Shown: in pieces, positions 8,798 to 18,484 of the stretch
Layout of the letters: the number at the start of each line of letters is the position of its first letter
Numbering within the stretch: the first letter of the stretch is position 1
The notes under the pieces: model-generated
Told to the model about the DNA's origin: nothing
Databases searched by the model: none
What the model saw: the letters and a program-made list of their open reading frames with translations, nothing else
Virus record (IMG/VR): IMGVR_UViG_3300044712_001906
Coordinates: 13,883 to 77,882 of that record
Length of the DNA stretch: 64,000 nt
Strand: one strand, 5' to 3'
DNA from: a virus
Program-made: the position numbers and the translations under genes

Positions 8798-9850
8798 CTA
8801 GTACGCCTTCTCGCCGTCGATGGAGATGCAGAGCCCGCCGCCTGGCGTTGGCGGCGCCCCGGTGATCCGCACGGCCAGGTACGAATTGGCCTCGGCGACG
8901 ATGGGGTTCGCCGGCACGGCGCCGTTGACGGTCGGCTTGCCGGAGTCGGACGCCACGCTGATGGTCGCCAGCTTCCGGTTGGCCGCCGTCGCCGCGGCGA
9001 AGTCGTTGGTGGCGAATTCTGCCTGCAGGAGCTGATAGAACTCCACGGTGTACGCGCCACCGCCAGCGCCACCGTCGAGGAAGGCCGCCACGAAGAGGCT
9101 GGCCGTGTAGAGCGCCGGCACGACGCGCACCCAATGGCACTCGCTCCACGCCCCGCCGGTCTGCGGCTCGATGGTGCCCGGCTTCCAGCCGTCGCTGGTC
9201 ATCGAGCCGTTGCAGACGGCCTCGATGGTGTACGGCTTTCGGGTCACGGCCCGTGGATTGCCCGCGTCGACCGGTGCGTCGGAGAGCTTCACCGTCCCGC
9301 GCGCGACCGTCGTCGCCGCCGGGACCGACGTCCCAGGATGGACGTGCAGCAAGGTCGACCCGCCACCCACAAGCTCATCGAGCTCCGCGCCGGTGGCGTT
9401 CGTGTCGTGGTCCTCGATCTTCTGGGCGATGAAGTCGCCCCGCAGATCGTCGACGTGGTCGATGAGCCCGGTGATCGCGTCGATGTAGTCCTTCTCGTGC
9501 TCCGATGGCCGCCGGAGCGCCGCATGCTCTGTCGACACCCGGCAGGCCGTGTAGGCGGACACGGGCGCGAGCTGTCGCGTCGTCTCGCTCTTCACCGCGG
9601 CGTTGTCGGTCACGGCGAGGAAGAGGAGGTACGTGCCGGCGCGGTCGACGTTGAGCAGCTTCGGGTTCTGGAGGGTGCTGTCGTCCAGGGCGGCCGCCGA
9701 GCCTGACGGCTTGCCGATCAGGTGCCACTTCCAGGACGAGTAGACGCCGGTGCCGCCGGTCGCGGACCCTGCGAGCTGAACCTCGGCGATCGGAAGGTCG
9801 CCGAAGACGTAGGAGCTGCTGGCGCCGGCGTTGGCTACGGGCTTGGCCAT
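8798..9850 (-). CDS. Tail-associated protein (PKD-like domain plus tail-fibre repeat)
   Basis: WKWHLIGKPSGSAAAL...GTYLLFLAVTD (PKD-like); VPAATTVARGTVKLSD resembles a fibre repeat. Confidence 0.65.
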   Translation of the reverse strand: MAKPVANAGASSSYVFGDLPIAEVQLAGSATGGTGVYSSWKWHLIGKPSGSAAALDDSTLQNPKLLNVDRAGTYLLFLAVTDNAAVKSETTRQLAPVSAYTACRVSTEHAALRRPSEHEKDYIDAITGLIDHVDDLRGDFIAQKIEDHDTNATGAELDELVGGGSTLLHVHPGTSVPAATTVARGTVKLSDAPVDAGNPRAVTRKPYTIEAVCNGSMTSDGWKPGTIEPQTGGAWSECHWVRVVPALYTASLFVAAFLDGGAGGGAYTVEFYQLLQAEFATNDFAAATAANRKLATISVASDSGKPTVNGAVPANPIVAEANSYLAVRITGAPPTPGGGLCISIDGEKAY

Positions 9851-9861
9851 CGTCTACCTCC

Positions 9862-11049
9862 TCATCCGAAGCTGCCGAGGAGCGTCACGAAGAAGCTCTG
9901 CTCGGCGAAGGCGCCGCCGGTGCTCTTGATGTTGACGTCCACGCGCGCGTTCTCCTGGTCGAGGCGCCCGGCGTAGATGTAGCAGGGCAGGTTGTTGCTC
10001 AGCGGCGCCTCGTTGGTGTGGGGCGTGAGCAGGACGCTCTGGATGTCGATGACCGCTCCGACGAGGGGAGCGGCCTGGAGGCGCACCACGCCGGCGGACT
10101 GTCTGGTCGCTGTGACGACGATCGGGTTGGCGCCGTCGCTCGGCTTCGCCCCGACGCCGACCCACGTGTAGGTCACGTCGCCGTCCCAGTCGACGCGCCC
10201 GGCGGCGAGCACGCGGCACGAGTCCGTCCGTCCCGCGAGGTCGGCGAGATCGCTCTCGGTGTCGTCGATGGCCTCCTCGAGCTGGACGAGCCCGCCGCGA
10301 CCAGTCGATGGCGCCGCAGTCAGCGGGTAGTTCCCGAGCTTGTCGTTCATGCGCGTCACGACGTAGACGAGCATGGACAGCACCTCGGACAGCGAGGTGA
10401 CCGGGCTGTTGCCGAGGCCGAGGTTGAAGAGCTGCGAGATGCGACCCCATTCGTGGTAGGCGCCTCCGACGAGCGGGGTCTCGAGGTCGTAGCTGTCGGG
10501 GTCCCACGCGTGCTTGGGATCGATGAGGGGCAGCCCGCCGCTCCAGTCGACGACGCGGGCGAACTTGAACCACCCCGGATCCGCGTCCGGCACGTCGACG
10601 CCGACCTCGAACGCCACGCGCTCGACGAGCTTGGTCGACGGCGTGATCGATGCCTCGACGCCTCCGCCGACGTCCCACTGCCTGCGCGTCTCGACGTCGG
10701 AGGCCACCTGGATGCGCCGCGCCCAGAGCCACGGCGTGCCAGATCCGGCGACGTAGGCGGAAAGGTCGACGACTGAGGTCTGGCTCGGCAGCGTCGGATC
10801 GTGCCGGATGACGCGCCCGTCGGCGAGCTTGCCCTCGGTGCCGGCGGCGACGCCGCGCCAGAGTAGGCACTCGCCGATGCCGACCGCGGCCGGGTTGGCG
10901 GTGTCGAAGGCGATGGAGCTCAGGGTGCCCGACGCGAAGCCCACGATGCCGCCCAGCGCTCGGGCCATGTACTCGCCAACGAGCGTCTGCATGCGGGCGA
11001 TGTCGACGAGGTCGAACCGCTCGTCGTCGAGTAGCTGGATCTCGTCCAT
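9862..11049 (-). CDS. Hypothetical tail/baseplate protein
   Basis: ATG at 11049 (TGATG coupling to baseplate J); MDEIQLLDDERFDLVD; strong GC3 bias. Confidence 0.7.
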   Translation of the reverse strand: MDEIQLLDDERFDLVDIARMQTLVGEYMARALGGIVGFASGTLSSIAFDTANPAAVGIGECLLWRGVAAGTEGKLADGRVIRHDPTLPSQTSVVDLSAYVAGSGTPWLWARRIQVASDVETRRQWDVGGGVEASITPSTKLVERVAFEVGVDVPDADPGWFKFARVVDWSGGLPLIDPKHAWDPDSYDLETPLVGGAYHEWGRISQLFNLGLGNSPVTSLSEVLSMLVYVVTRMNDKLGNYPLTAAPSTGRGGLVQLEEAIDDTESDLADLAGRTDSCRVLAAGRVDWDGDVTYTWVGVGAKPSDGANPIVVTATRQSAGVVRLQAAPLVGAVIDIQSVLLTPHTNEAPLSNNLPCYIYAGRLDQENARVDVNIKSTGGAFAEQSFFVTLLGSFG

Positions 11050-12443
11050 CAGACCACCTCGGCCAGTTCGGAGCGGGTGCGGAGCGCCGTGCGAGCGTCG
11101 ACGGGGTACACGTCGCCCGAGGGCGTCTGGAAGACGTAGTTGTAGACGCCGGGGACGCGCATGAGCGCCCGCCCCAGGTGGGTCAGCAGCAGGGGCGCTC
11201 CCGGGGAGAGCCCCTGCATGAAGGCGATGATCTCGTCGCGCACGGCGATACGCAGCGCGGCTAGGTCGTTGGTGCCGGCCTGGGCGATGATCGCCACGCG
11301 GATGGGGGTCCACTGCACTCGCGGCGGCACCACGCGGAGACGGCACCCTGAGGACCGGTAGCCCGGGAGATCGAACGAGCTGGACGCGTGGCCCTCGATA
11401 ATGGCCTGGAGCTCCCGGATGATCCCCGTGTAGACCTTGTACCCGCGGATGCGCCACTGGTCGCCGGCGGCGAACGGGTTGAGCGCCGACCGGAGGTAGA
11501 ACTGGCCGCGCTCCTCGATCACCGTCCACGGGAGGTCGGCGTCGGGGCCGTACAGGAGCGACGCCCAGCCGCCGCCAGAGTCGCGCTCGACGATGAACGG
11601 CAGGCCCACCATGGGCGACTCACACCACAGGAGCGACTGCCCGTTGGTCGGGATGGTCCCGCTCGAGGTGGCGCCGTTCGCCACGTCGGCCGTCAGGCCG
11701 GTGCCGTCGTCGACGACGAGCTCCGCGTAGGACGGCCGCTCGGGGTCCTCGAAGATGGAGACGTGCCGCAGGCGCCGACCGTCCGCGGCCTGATGGGACC
11801 GCGCCAGGAAGGCCACGGATGCGGGCATGACGCCCGCCAGCCCGGCAAGGAAGTCCTGGACGCGGCGCCCGAGCTCGTCGTCGCTCTCGCGGTCGACGCC
11901 GCCCGTGATGGGGCCCGTGTTCGAGCAGGCAACGATGGCGCTCGGGACGGACAGCGGCAGGGTGACCGTGTTGGAGGACGCGTTGCCGGCGCTCCCTCGA
12001 GTCGCGCACGCGACGGGGACGGCGGTCGCGGTCGTGAAGCCGTCGAGGATCGTGACGTCCGCGGTCTGGATGTAGACGAGCGACGGGTCATCACGGTGGC
12101 CGTAGACGGAGCCGGCCGGGACGACGAGGTTGCCCGAGGTCGTCAGCCGCTCCACCTGGAAGTCGCTGCCGGTCGCGGCCGACGCTCCGAGCCGCTTGCC
12201 GAAGCCCTTCGGCAGGTCGGTCAGGCGATCATCGAGGTCGGCCGACTTGCCGCGGAGGAAGAAGGCGTCCCGGATGGCCTTGAGGCGGAACTCGATCGCC
12301 TCGAAGTCCTCGGCGACCGAGCGCAGGATCGTCCGCGTGACTCCGCCCGGGGTGATGTCCGTGAGCCGTGGCTTCGCGCGCGCCACGGTGCGGGCCACAA
12401 GCCCGCGCTCGATCTCGTCGCGCACCCGTGGCTGATACGGCAC
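11049..12443 (-). CDS. Baseplate J-like wedge protein
   Basis: LTDITPGGVTRTILRSVA, GSAGN, TGGVDRESDDELGRR motifs of Baseplate_J. Confidence 0.92.
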   Translation of the reverse strand: MPYQPRVRDEIERGLVARTVARAKPRLTDITPGGVTRTILRSVAEDFEAIEFRLKAIRDAFFLRGKSADLDDRLTDLPKGFGKRLGASAATGSDFQVERLTTSGNLVVPAGSVYGHRDDPSLVYIQTADVTILDGFTTATAVPVACATRGSAGNASSNTVTLPLSVPSAIVACSNTGPITGGVDRESDDELGRRVQDFLAGLAGVMPASVAFLARSHQAADGRRLRHVSIFEDPERPSYAELVVDDGTGLTADVANGATSSGTIPTNGQSLLWCESPMVGLPFIVERDSGGGWASLLYGPDADLPWTVIEERGQFYLRSALNPFAAGDQWRIRGYKVYTGIIRELQAIIEGHASSSFDLPGYRSSGCRLRVVPPRVQWTPIRVAIIAQAGTNDLAALRIAVRDEIIAFMQGLSPGAPLLLTHLGRALMRVPGVYNYVFQTPSGDVYPVDARTALRTRSELAEVV

Positions 12444-12446
12444 CGG

Positions 12447-12824
12447 TCACCCCGCCAGGTCTGCATGCCGAGCGTGGGGGCGTTCCGCGGAGGCGTTAAG
12501 GCGGGCGTTAGCGTCGCACGTGGGCGGAATCCTGTACTTTGCTCGAACGACCTTCCGACTGGACGCATGGAGATTCGCTGCTCCGGTGCGGTCGGCGGGT
12601 GTGTCGGGCAAGCGTCCATGGTCGTCCAGTACGGCCAGGCGTCCGGGTGGCGTCCAGGGTGCCCCGACGGTCGTGGCGAGCACGTAGCCGGTCCCATCGG
12701 CGACCTCACACGGGACTCCGGCGCCTGTCGACGCCGCGACCACGGGAAGGCCCCTTCCATGCGTCGGAGGATCTGGAGCCCATCCCGTTAGCGTCCGGAG
12801 CAGGATGGCGACCACCCGTCCCAT
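12447..12824 (-). CDS. Hypothetical protein
   Basis: GGAGG SD before the ATG at 12824; no family recognised. Confidence 0.4.
   Translation of the reverse strand: MGRVVAILLRTLTGWAPDPPTHGRGLPVVAASTGAGVPCEVADGTGYVLATTVGAPWTPPGRLAVLDDHGRLPDTPADRTGAANLHASSRKVVRAKYRIPPTCDANARLNASAERPHARHADLAG
12471..12500 (-). promoter_or_regulatory. Putative phage late promoter, copy 1 (CTTAACGCC-N15-CACGCT)
   Basis: Same motif as at 32993, 44090 and 55156; upstream of baseplate J. Confidence 0.55.
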
Positions 12825-12895
12825 GCTCCACCTCCACCACGAAGCTACCGCCGGGGGGGGGAGGTGGGGGCAACAGTCCGTGGCGGTGACTTACC

Positions 12896-12924
12896 TTGCC
12901 GCCCGATCGAGCCGAGGCTACCTT
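12896..12924 (+). promoter_or_regulatory. Sigma-70-type promoter of the PIN moron
   Basis: TTGCCG-N17-TACCTT followed by GGAGG and GTG at 12945. Confidence 0.55.
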
Positions 12925-12944
12925 GGCCTCGGGAGGCGTACCGC

Positions 12945-13742
12945 GTGACCCAACCCATCGCGAACGTTGGACTGGCCCAGGAGGCTCCCGCCACGCCTCG
13001 ACGCGTTGCCGACCTGATCGAAGCCCTGTCGTCGGCCTCGGCGGCGGCGGCGTCTTCTCCGCTAGGCGAGGACCTCACAGTGACAGTGTCGAACCGCAAG
13101 GTCAGGGTCGAGTTGCATGCATGGTCCGAGGAGGCTGGACAGTCGTTGGCCATCGTCAACGGCCTCATGCGCGACCCGGTCGCCACGGCCGAGCGTATGC
13201 CCTATGGCGTCGTGGGCCGCGTGGCGAAGGCCCTCCGTCGTCACCTCGAAGAGGCTCTACCCGCGGGCGAGCTTCGGCTCGTCGGGTCCGATGAAGGTGA
13301 CCGCGTCATCTCGCTGCCTATTATCGAGGCGTTGCGAGGCTTCGAGAGGCTGCACGACCAACGCACCGTGCTGCGAGGGAGCACGGTCCTGCTCACGCCC
13401 GTGTTGCGCGTCGGGCGGAGCCCTTCCGGCTCAGCGCGCTGGGCGGCGCGCGTGAGGGTCTACGGCAAGCTCGCGGAGCTCCCATTGCTCGATGCAGCTG
13501 CGGCCAGGGCAATCCGTGCGCTCGAACGCAAGACCGATGTCGAGGCGTGCGTCCATGCGGTATGGACGCGCTACGGTGACGGAGGCTGGGAGCTCGACGC
13601 GCGCGCCTCGCAGATCGTCGAGGTCCGGGAGTCGGGCTATCGTCCGCTTGCGCCAGGCGAGTGGAGCACGTTGCCTTCGTCCATGTCGGCCTCGCGGGTC
13701 GGCGCCCTGCTGAACGAGGAGGCTGACGAGTGGGCCGAGTAG
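12945..13742 (+). CDS. Hypothetical partner (possible antitoxin/sensor) of the PIN protein
   Basis: Own promoter and SD; overlaps the PIN gene start; beta-rich, OB-fold-like C-terminal half. Confidence 0.7.
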   Translation: MTQPIANVGLAQEAPATPRRVADLIEALSSASAAAASSPLGEDLTVTVSNRKVRVELHAWSEEAGQSLAIVNGLMRDPVATAERMPYGVVGRVAKALRRHLEEALPAGELRLVGSDEGDRVISLPIIEALRGFERLHDQRTVLRGSTVLLTPVLRVGRSPSGSARWAARVRVYGKLAELPLLDAAAARAIRALERKTDVEACVHAVWTRYGDGGWELDARASQIVEVRESGYRPLAPGEWSTLPSSMSASRVGALLNEEADEWAE

Positions 13743-14278
13743 CCGTCGACACGAACGTCCTCATCGCATCCTTGCCAACGGTTGCCGACACGGCAGATCC
13801 CCGCTTCGCGCAGACCCGCGCTGCACAGCACCTCATGGACGAAGGTCAGGAGATCGTCGTGCCTGCGCCAGCGTGGTTCGAGATGCTGCGCAAGTGCACG
13901 AACCAGGAAGCCCAAGCCCTGGCGCCGCTTGCACAGAGGCTACGGATCGAGGCGGTCGACGCCGCCGCCGCCGAGCGCGCCGGCGAACTGGTCCGGGCGG
14001 CCGTGAAGACACCTCTCTGCGACGCCTGCTTGAACGAGATGCCGCCAGGTCTGTGCAACAAGTGCGGGGCAGCGCGTCCCAAGTCTGCGCTTCTGCTCGA
14101 CGCGCTCATTGTGGCTGTGGCGGAGGTCCAGGGATGCTCGGCCTTCTACACGTTCGACGAGACCCTGGTGCGCGTCCTATCGCCGCTCGCGCGTGTTGCA
14201 CTGCGAGTACCGAGGCCTCCTCCGCAAGGCGTGCTGCCGTTGGCTCCTCCGCGACGCGCGGCGGATGAAGCGCCGTAG
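13730..14278 (+). CDS. PIN-domain (VapC-like) ribonuclease with inserted zinc ribbon
   Basis: VDTNVLI, E in AWFEM, DALIVAVA and YTFD supply the acidic PIN residues; CDAC...CNKC insert. Confidence 0.85.
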   Translation: MGRVAVDTNVLIASLPTVADTADPRFAQTRAAQHLMDEGQEIVVPAPAWFEMLRKCTNQEAQALAPLAQRLRIEAVDAAAAERAGELVRAAVKTPLCDACLNEMPPGLCNKCGAARPKSALLLDALIVAVAEVQGCSAFYTFDETLVRVLSPLARVALRVPRPPPQGVLPLAPPRRAADEAP

Positions 14279-14289
14279 AGCCTCGCGGA

Positions 14290-15813
14290 CTACCCCACGA
14301 ACGGCACAAGCACCTGCACCGAACCGCCGACAACCTCGACCTCGGCGTCTACCTCGAGCCGCTCCCCGTCCTCGACCACGCGCACGCCGCGCACGGCGAC
14401 CACCCGGGGATCCGCTCCGAGCTGCGAGCTCGCGTGCGAAGCGACGAACCCGGCCTCCGTGGCATCGCCCGACTCTCCGACCAGGCGCGGGAGCCCGTAG
14501 TCCGACCAGACCGATTCGCCCTGCACCGTTCCGAGGCGAAGCTGGAAGGCCTGCTTGACGTTGTCCGGCCCCGAGACCGTTACGACGTCCGTGTCACCGA
14601 GCGCGACGAGGTCGCCGTCGACGAGGAACAGGTCCGAGCCGTAGGGGTCGCCGTCGAAGGTCGAGGCCGACGACGGAACGCCCGTGACCGGTACCTGGAC
14701 GACGTCGCCGGGCTCGAGGGGGCTGCCGTCCGCCTTGCGGTCGGGCGCGGCCATCCCTGACGCCGTAGCGATCTCGACCCAGCGCGCGCGGTCGCCGAGC
14801 ACGCGCCAGGCGATGTCGGTGAGGCTCTCGTTCGGGCGGATCGTGTAGGGCGCCGTGTCGACCTGCCCACCGGTGGGCGCGGTCATGGACGCGGCCCCTG
14901 GCGTGTCGTCGTCGACGCCACCGGCCACGCCATACCCGAACGATCCCAGGGCCTCGGCGACCGTCCGGCGGATCTCCGCGAGGCCCTCTAGGATGGAGTC
15001 GCGCGTGGGTCGTGCGTCCTCGGCGTTGTCGAGGCCGAGCGCGTCCCACGTGTCGAACACGGCCGTCGTGGCAGCCTCGGTCGCCTGGTAGACGTCCGCG
15101 AGGAGCTTCCCCGGGAAGGCCTTCAGGTCATCGACCTGTCCCGCCACTGCCTGCGCTTCCATGGCGATGCGCCCGACCGCTTGCACCGGCCCTCGCAGGT
15201 CGTCGAGGGTGCGGTTGATGTTGGCGAGCTCCTCCTCGGCGCGCGCGACGTAGCCCGCGACAGCGTCCACCGCCTCGGTCGCGGACCGCGCCCAGCCAGA
15301 GATCGTGTCGAGGATGCCGCCCTTGCCGGCCTTCGCCTCGCCCATGCAGAGGAGCTCGAGGCTCCACGAGTACATGACGTTCGCCGAGGTCGTGTCCCTC
15401 TCGAGGGAGATCGTCGCGGGGTCGACGTCCCACGCCATGCCGTCGTCGATGGCGCGCAGCACGAGCCGCGGCTCGGGGCTGCCCGCCGCTTCGGCGGCGG
15501 CCGCGTCCTCCTCGAACTTCCGGAGGAAGGCCTTGAACTCCCGCGCGAGCTCGGGGCCGCCGGCGAACTTCCTGGTACCGGAGCGGTCTGACCCGAGGCG
15601 GTGCGCCCACCCCGAGAGGCCCCGGAACGAGACGCGCTCCTCGCGGAGCCCGGAGTGTTCCTTGACGGGGCGCTCACCCAGCGTCCACGAGACCTGCGAG
15701 GCGGACTGGTGCTGGATGGACGCGTTGGCCGTCGGCGGGAAGGCGATGGAGCGCGACAGGGCGCCTCGGCCATCGTAGACCTCGAGGAGGTATCGGATCT
15801 TCGCGCTGGCCAT
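14290..15813 (-). CDS. LysM plus gp25-like baseplate wedge fusion protein
   Basis: YTIRPNESLTDIAWRVLGDRARWVEIA (LysM); YGSDL...DGDL...VSGPDNVKQA..LRL.T..GE...DYG...DPRV (gp25/sheath-initiator type). Confidence 0.8.
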   Translation of the reverse strand: MASAKIRYLLEVYDGRGALSRSIAFPPTANASIQHQSASQVSWTLGERPVKEHSGLREERVSFRGLSGWAHRLGSDRSGTRKFAGGPELAREFKAFLRKFEEDAAAAEAAGSPEPRLVLRAIDDGMAWDVDPATISLERDTTSANVMYSWSLELLCMGEAKAGKGGILDTISGWARSATEAVDAVAGYVARAEEELANINRTLDDLRGPVQAVGRIAMEAQAVAGQVDDLKAFPGKLLADVYQATEAATTAVFDTWDALGLDNAEDARPTRDSILEGLAEIRRTVAEALGSFGYGVAGGVDDDTPGAASMTAPTGGQVDTAPYTIRPNESLTDIAWRVLGDRARWVEIATASGMAAPDRKADGSPLEPGDVVQVPVTGVPSSASTFDGDPYGSDLFLVDGDLVALGDTDVVTVSGPDNVKQAFQLRLGTVQGESVWSDYGLPRLVGESGDATEAGFVASHASSQLGADPRVVAVRGVRVVEDGERLEVDAEVEVVGGSVQVLVPFVG

Positions 15814-15822
15814 CGTTCCCTC

Positions 15823-18483
15823 CTAGGCGTTGGACGCGTCGAGCCAGAAGGCGGGCATGCCGCCGGACAATAGACCGCTCTGCCCCCAATAGCGGAGCGT
15901 CCCCGCAGGGTCCGGCAGGACGCCGTTGGTCACAACGAACTCGAAGAAGTAGCTGTCAAGGTACGCCGAGGCCGCCGCGAGATTGCCAGGCAGCGACGTC
16001 GGGACCGTCTTGATCTGCCCGGAGGTCTGCGTCACGGTGGCGCCGCAGGCCAGGATGCAGGCGTTCCCGAGCGTGGTGTCGACCGACATGGCTACGAAGT
16101 ACGGCACGCCAGCCTCAAGCGTGCAGGAGAAGCTGCCGCTGCCCCATGTGTCGGCCGCCGTGTTGAAGTCAGCCAAGTAGGCCATCCTGGCCAGATCCGA
16201 CAGGCGGTACACGGCGACGTGGTGCGAGGTGTTCGCCGTGGTGTAGATGCCATACCAGCGGATCTTGGAGACCGTGATGGTCGTCCTGGGGATAAACAAC
16301 GAGCAGCGCGCGGTCGACGTGCCGATCTGCGTTGGCGTAGGCGAGACCACGCCGGACGCCTGGCACATGGCCATCAGCCGGCCCGGATCTCCGTCGCCCA
16401 CGCATCCGATGATCTTGTCGCCCCAGGCAGAGGATGCGAAGGGCGGCGTGGCCCACGACGGATCTGCGCCCGCTCCGCCATCCCTGAGGTAGCTCCCGGC
16501 CGCGCTCGGCGAGAGCGCCGCCCACCCCGAGGCGCCGCGGTAGAGGATTTGCCCGCGCGTCGAGCCGACGAAGTCCAGGACCGCCGATGCGCTCAGCTCC
16601 TCACCCGTGCCTGCGCCGGACGCGCGCCCGAGGACGCGAGCCCCGGCCGCGAGCCCGAAGTCCGCCGCGACGTGCGAGTGCCCCGTCGCCGCCTTCTCCG
16701 TGTCGAGCTCGTCGATCGCCGCCTGCACGTTGGTTGCGGCGATGCCGCCCGCCGGCACGTTGACGACCTGCGCCGCCGTGAGCCCAGACACCGGCGAGAT
16801 GCTCTGCTCGCGGTTCTGGAAGAGCCGCACGACCTCGCGGATACGGCTCTTGCCCGTGCCGCCGTAGGTCGACTTCGTGTCGAGGATGACCTTGAGCAGC
16901 GGCGTGAACTCGGAGAGCGGCAGCGTCGACAGGTCGAGGCTCCCGGTGGTCTCCGCGCGCGCGGCAGTCAGGCTGGTGTGCTGCGCCTGCCCCGGGATCC
17001 AGACCTGCCGGAGCGCCGTGTCGAGTGCGGGCATGCCGTAGCAGTAGTAGCAAACGAAGTTGGTCGTGTCTGCGTCGGTCAGTCCCAGGCCGGCGCCGTC
17101 GTACTGGAGCAGCGTGCCGTGCTTGTAGATGAGGCTCGCGCCCGTGCTCCAGACCCACTCGCCGGACGCGAGCCGGTAGAGGTGCGAGTAGGGGCCGCCG
17201 TCGGACTGCGCCGTGCAGGACGTCTTGAGGTCCTCGTCGTAGATGTCGACGGCCGTCACGGCCATCGTCGTCGCGGCGTCCGAGTCCGTGTCCGGCGTGT
17301 AGCCGCTCGGCACGGCGCCGGTGAGCGCGCGCATCGTGCCCAGGGTCGTGTGCAGCTCTCGGTGGGTCGCCGTGTCCATGGCGACGGTGTGCGGCTCGTG
17401 GAACCCGATCCCCGATGCGAGCGTGCCCGACCAGTACACCTCGCAGGTCGGCGCGTGGAGCATGATGTCCCACGGCGTGTTGACCGCCGACCACGTCCAC
17501 GCGCTTCCGTCCCAGTAGTAGAACCACCGCCCGGTGCTCGCGGTGTGCGCAGTCGAAACGTGCGGCGACGGCTCCGTGTGCCGCACGCCGTTCACGTAGA
17601 CGTTGAAGGTCCCGCCCGACTTCGCGGTGACGGTGACTTTCCTGGTCCCCGCATCGTAGGCCACCGTGACCGCCGGCGTGCCGTCCGTGTGCAGCTCGTA
17701 GCCGTACGCTTTCTGGCGGCCCACGAGTCGCGAATCAGTCCCCTGGACGACGTCTGACGACTCCTCGCCATCCGCGGCGAGCCGCGAGATCCCGGCGTCG
17801 GAGGTCGATGCCGCGGGGAGGTCGCCCGCCGTGTGCGCGTGCGATGCAGCGGCGGCCCCGATGTCCCCCGGCGAGAGCGCGTCGCCGCCGAGGGTCGCGT
17901 GGCTCGCCTTGTGCGCCGTCGGCGTCCGAGCGTTGCTCAAGCGGCTGTCCGTCGAGTCGACTGCCTCGCCAGACGCGCTCTCACCGTCGGTCGCCAGGCG
18001 CACAAGGCCCTTCGTCGTCGTCGAGGCGTCCGAGATCCAACCGTCGAGCTTGCCTCCCGCGTCGGCCTTCGGGATGGCGTTGGCGCCTGGCGTCGCCGTG
18101 CCGACCTCGTCCCCGCCGCCATGCTGGTGCTGCGTCGCGTGATTCCCGCCGCCGCCCGGGGCGCCGCCGTCGATGACCTGGCCGTCCTCGTTGAAGACGG
18201 CCATGTTCCCGACGCCGGCCGTCGGGACGAGCTCCATGCCTCCGCCGGCAGGCTCCGCCCACATAGCCGCGTCCTCGCCGGTCGCCGTCAGAACGTCGCC
18301 GGCCTGCGGCTTGGACGCTGTGCTGACGACGACGACGACGCCCTCTGCGGTCCGGAGGCCGCTCGCCACGCGGTCGTCGCTCAGGCGCGCATCGTCCCCG
18401 GCGCACGCCTGATTGGCGCCCTCGCCGAGGGTGTGGTGGATGGATTCCGGGCTGCGGTCGGTGTCGGGGAAGCGCGGCGCCAC
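15823..18483 (-). CDS. Tail fibre protein
   Basis: Fibre repeats ASTTTKGLVRLA, ASTSDAGISRLA, HATQHQHGGGD, HKASHATLGGD, AATNVQAAIDEL; GTG at 18483. Confidence 0.8.
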   Translation of the reverse strand: MAPRFPDTDRSPESIHHTLGEGANQACAGDDARLSDDRVASGLRTAEGVVVVVSTASKPQAGDVLTATGEDAAMWAEPAGGGMELVPTAGVGNMAVFNEDGQVIDGGAPGGGGNHATQHQHGGGDEVGTATPGANAIPKADAGGKLDGWISDASTTTKGLVRLATDGESASGEAVDSTDSRLSNARTPTAHKASHATLGGDALSPGDIGAAAASHAHTAGDLPAASTSDAGISRLAADGEESSDVVQGTDSRLVGRQKAYGYELHTDGTPAVTVAYDAGTRKVTVTAKSGGTFNVYVNGVRHTEPSPHVSTAHTASTGRWFYYWDGSAWTWSAVNTPWDIMLHAPTCEVYWSGTLASGIGFHEPHTVAMDTATHRELHTTLGTMRALTGAVPSGYTPDTDSDAATTMAVTAVDIYDEDLKTSCTAQSDGGPYSHLYRLASGEWVWSTGASLIYKHGTLLQYDGAGLGLTDADTTNFVCYYCYGMPALDTALRQVWIPGQAQHTSLTAARAETTGSLDLSTLPLSEFTPLLKVILDTKSTYGGTGKSRIREVVRLFQNREQSISPVSGLTAAQVVNVPAGGIAATNVQAAIDELDTEKAATGHSHVAADFGLAAGARVLGRASGAGTGEELSASAVLDFVGSTRGQILYRGASGWAALSPSAAGSYLRDGGAGADPSWATPPFASSAWGDKIIGCVGDGDPGRLMAMCQASGVVSPTPTQIGTSTARCSLFIPRTTITVSKIRWYGIYTTANTSHHVAVYRLSDLARMAYLADFNTAADTWGSGSFSCTLEAGVPYFVAMSVDTTLGNACILACGATVTQTSGQIKTVPTSLPGNLAAASAYLDSYFFEFVVTNGVLPDPAGTLRYWGQSGLLSGGMPAFWLDASNA

Positions 18484-18484
18484 G

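Noticed and set aside
12853-12870. G9 tract and G-rich run between divergent genes (phase variation or G-quadruplex)
   Set aside because: It lies outside the predicted promoter spacer and coding regions; a single copy in GC-rich DNA gives no evidence of function.
15823-18483. Diversity-generating retroelement or invertible tail-fibre cassette
   Set aside because: No reverse transcriptase, TR/VR pair, invertase or flanking inverted repeats detected.
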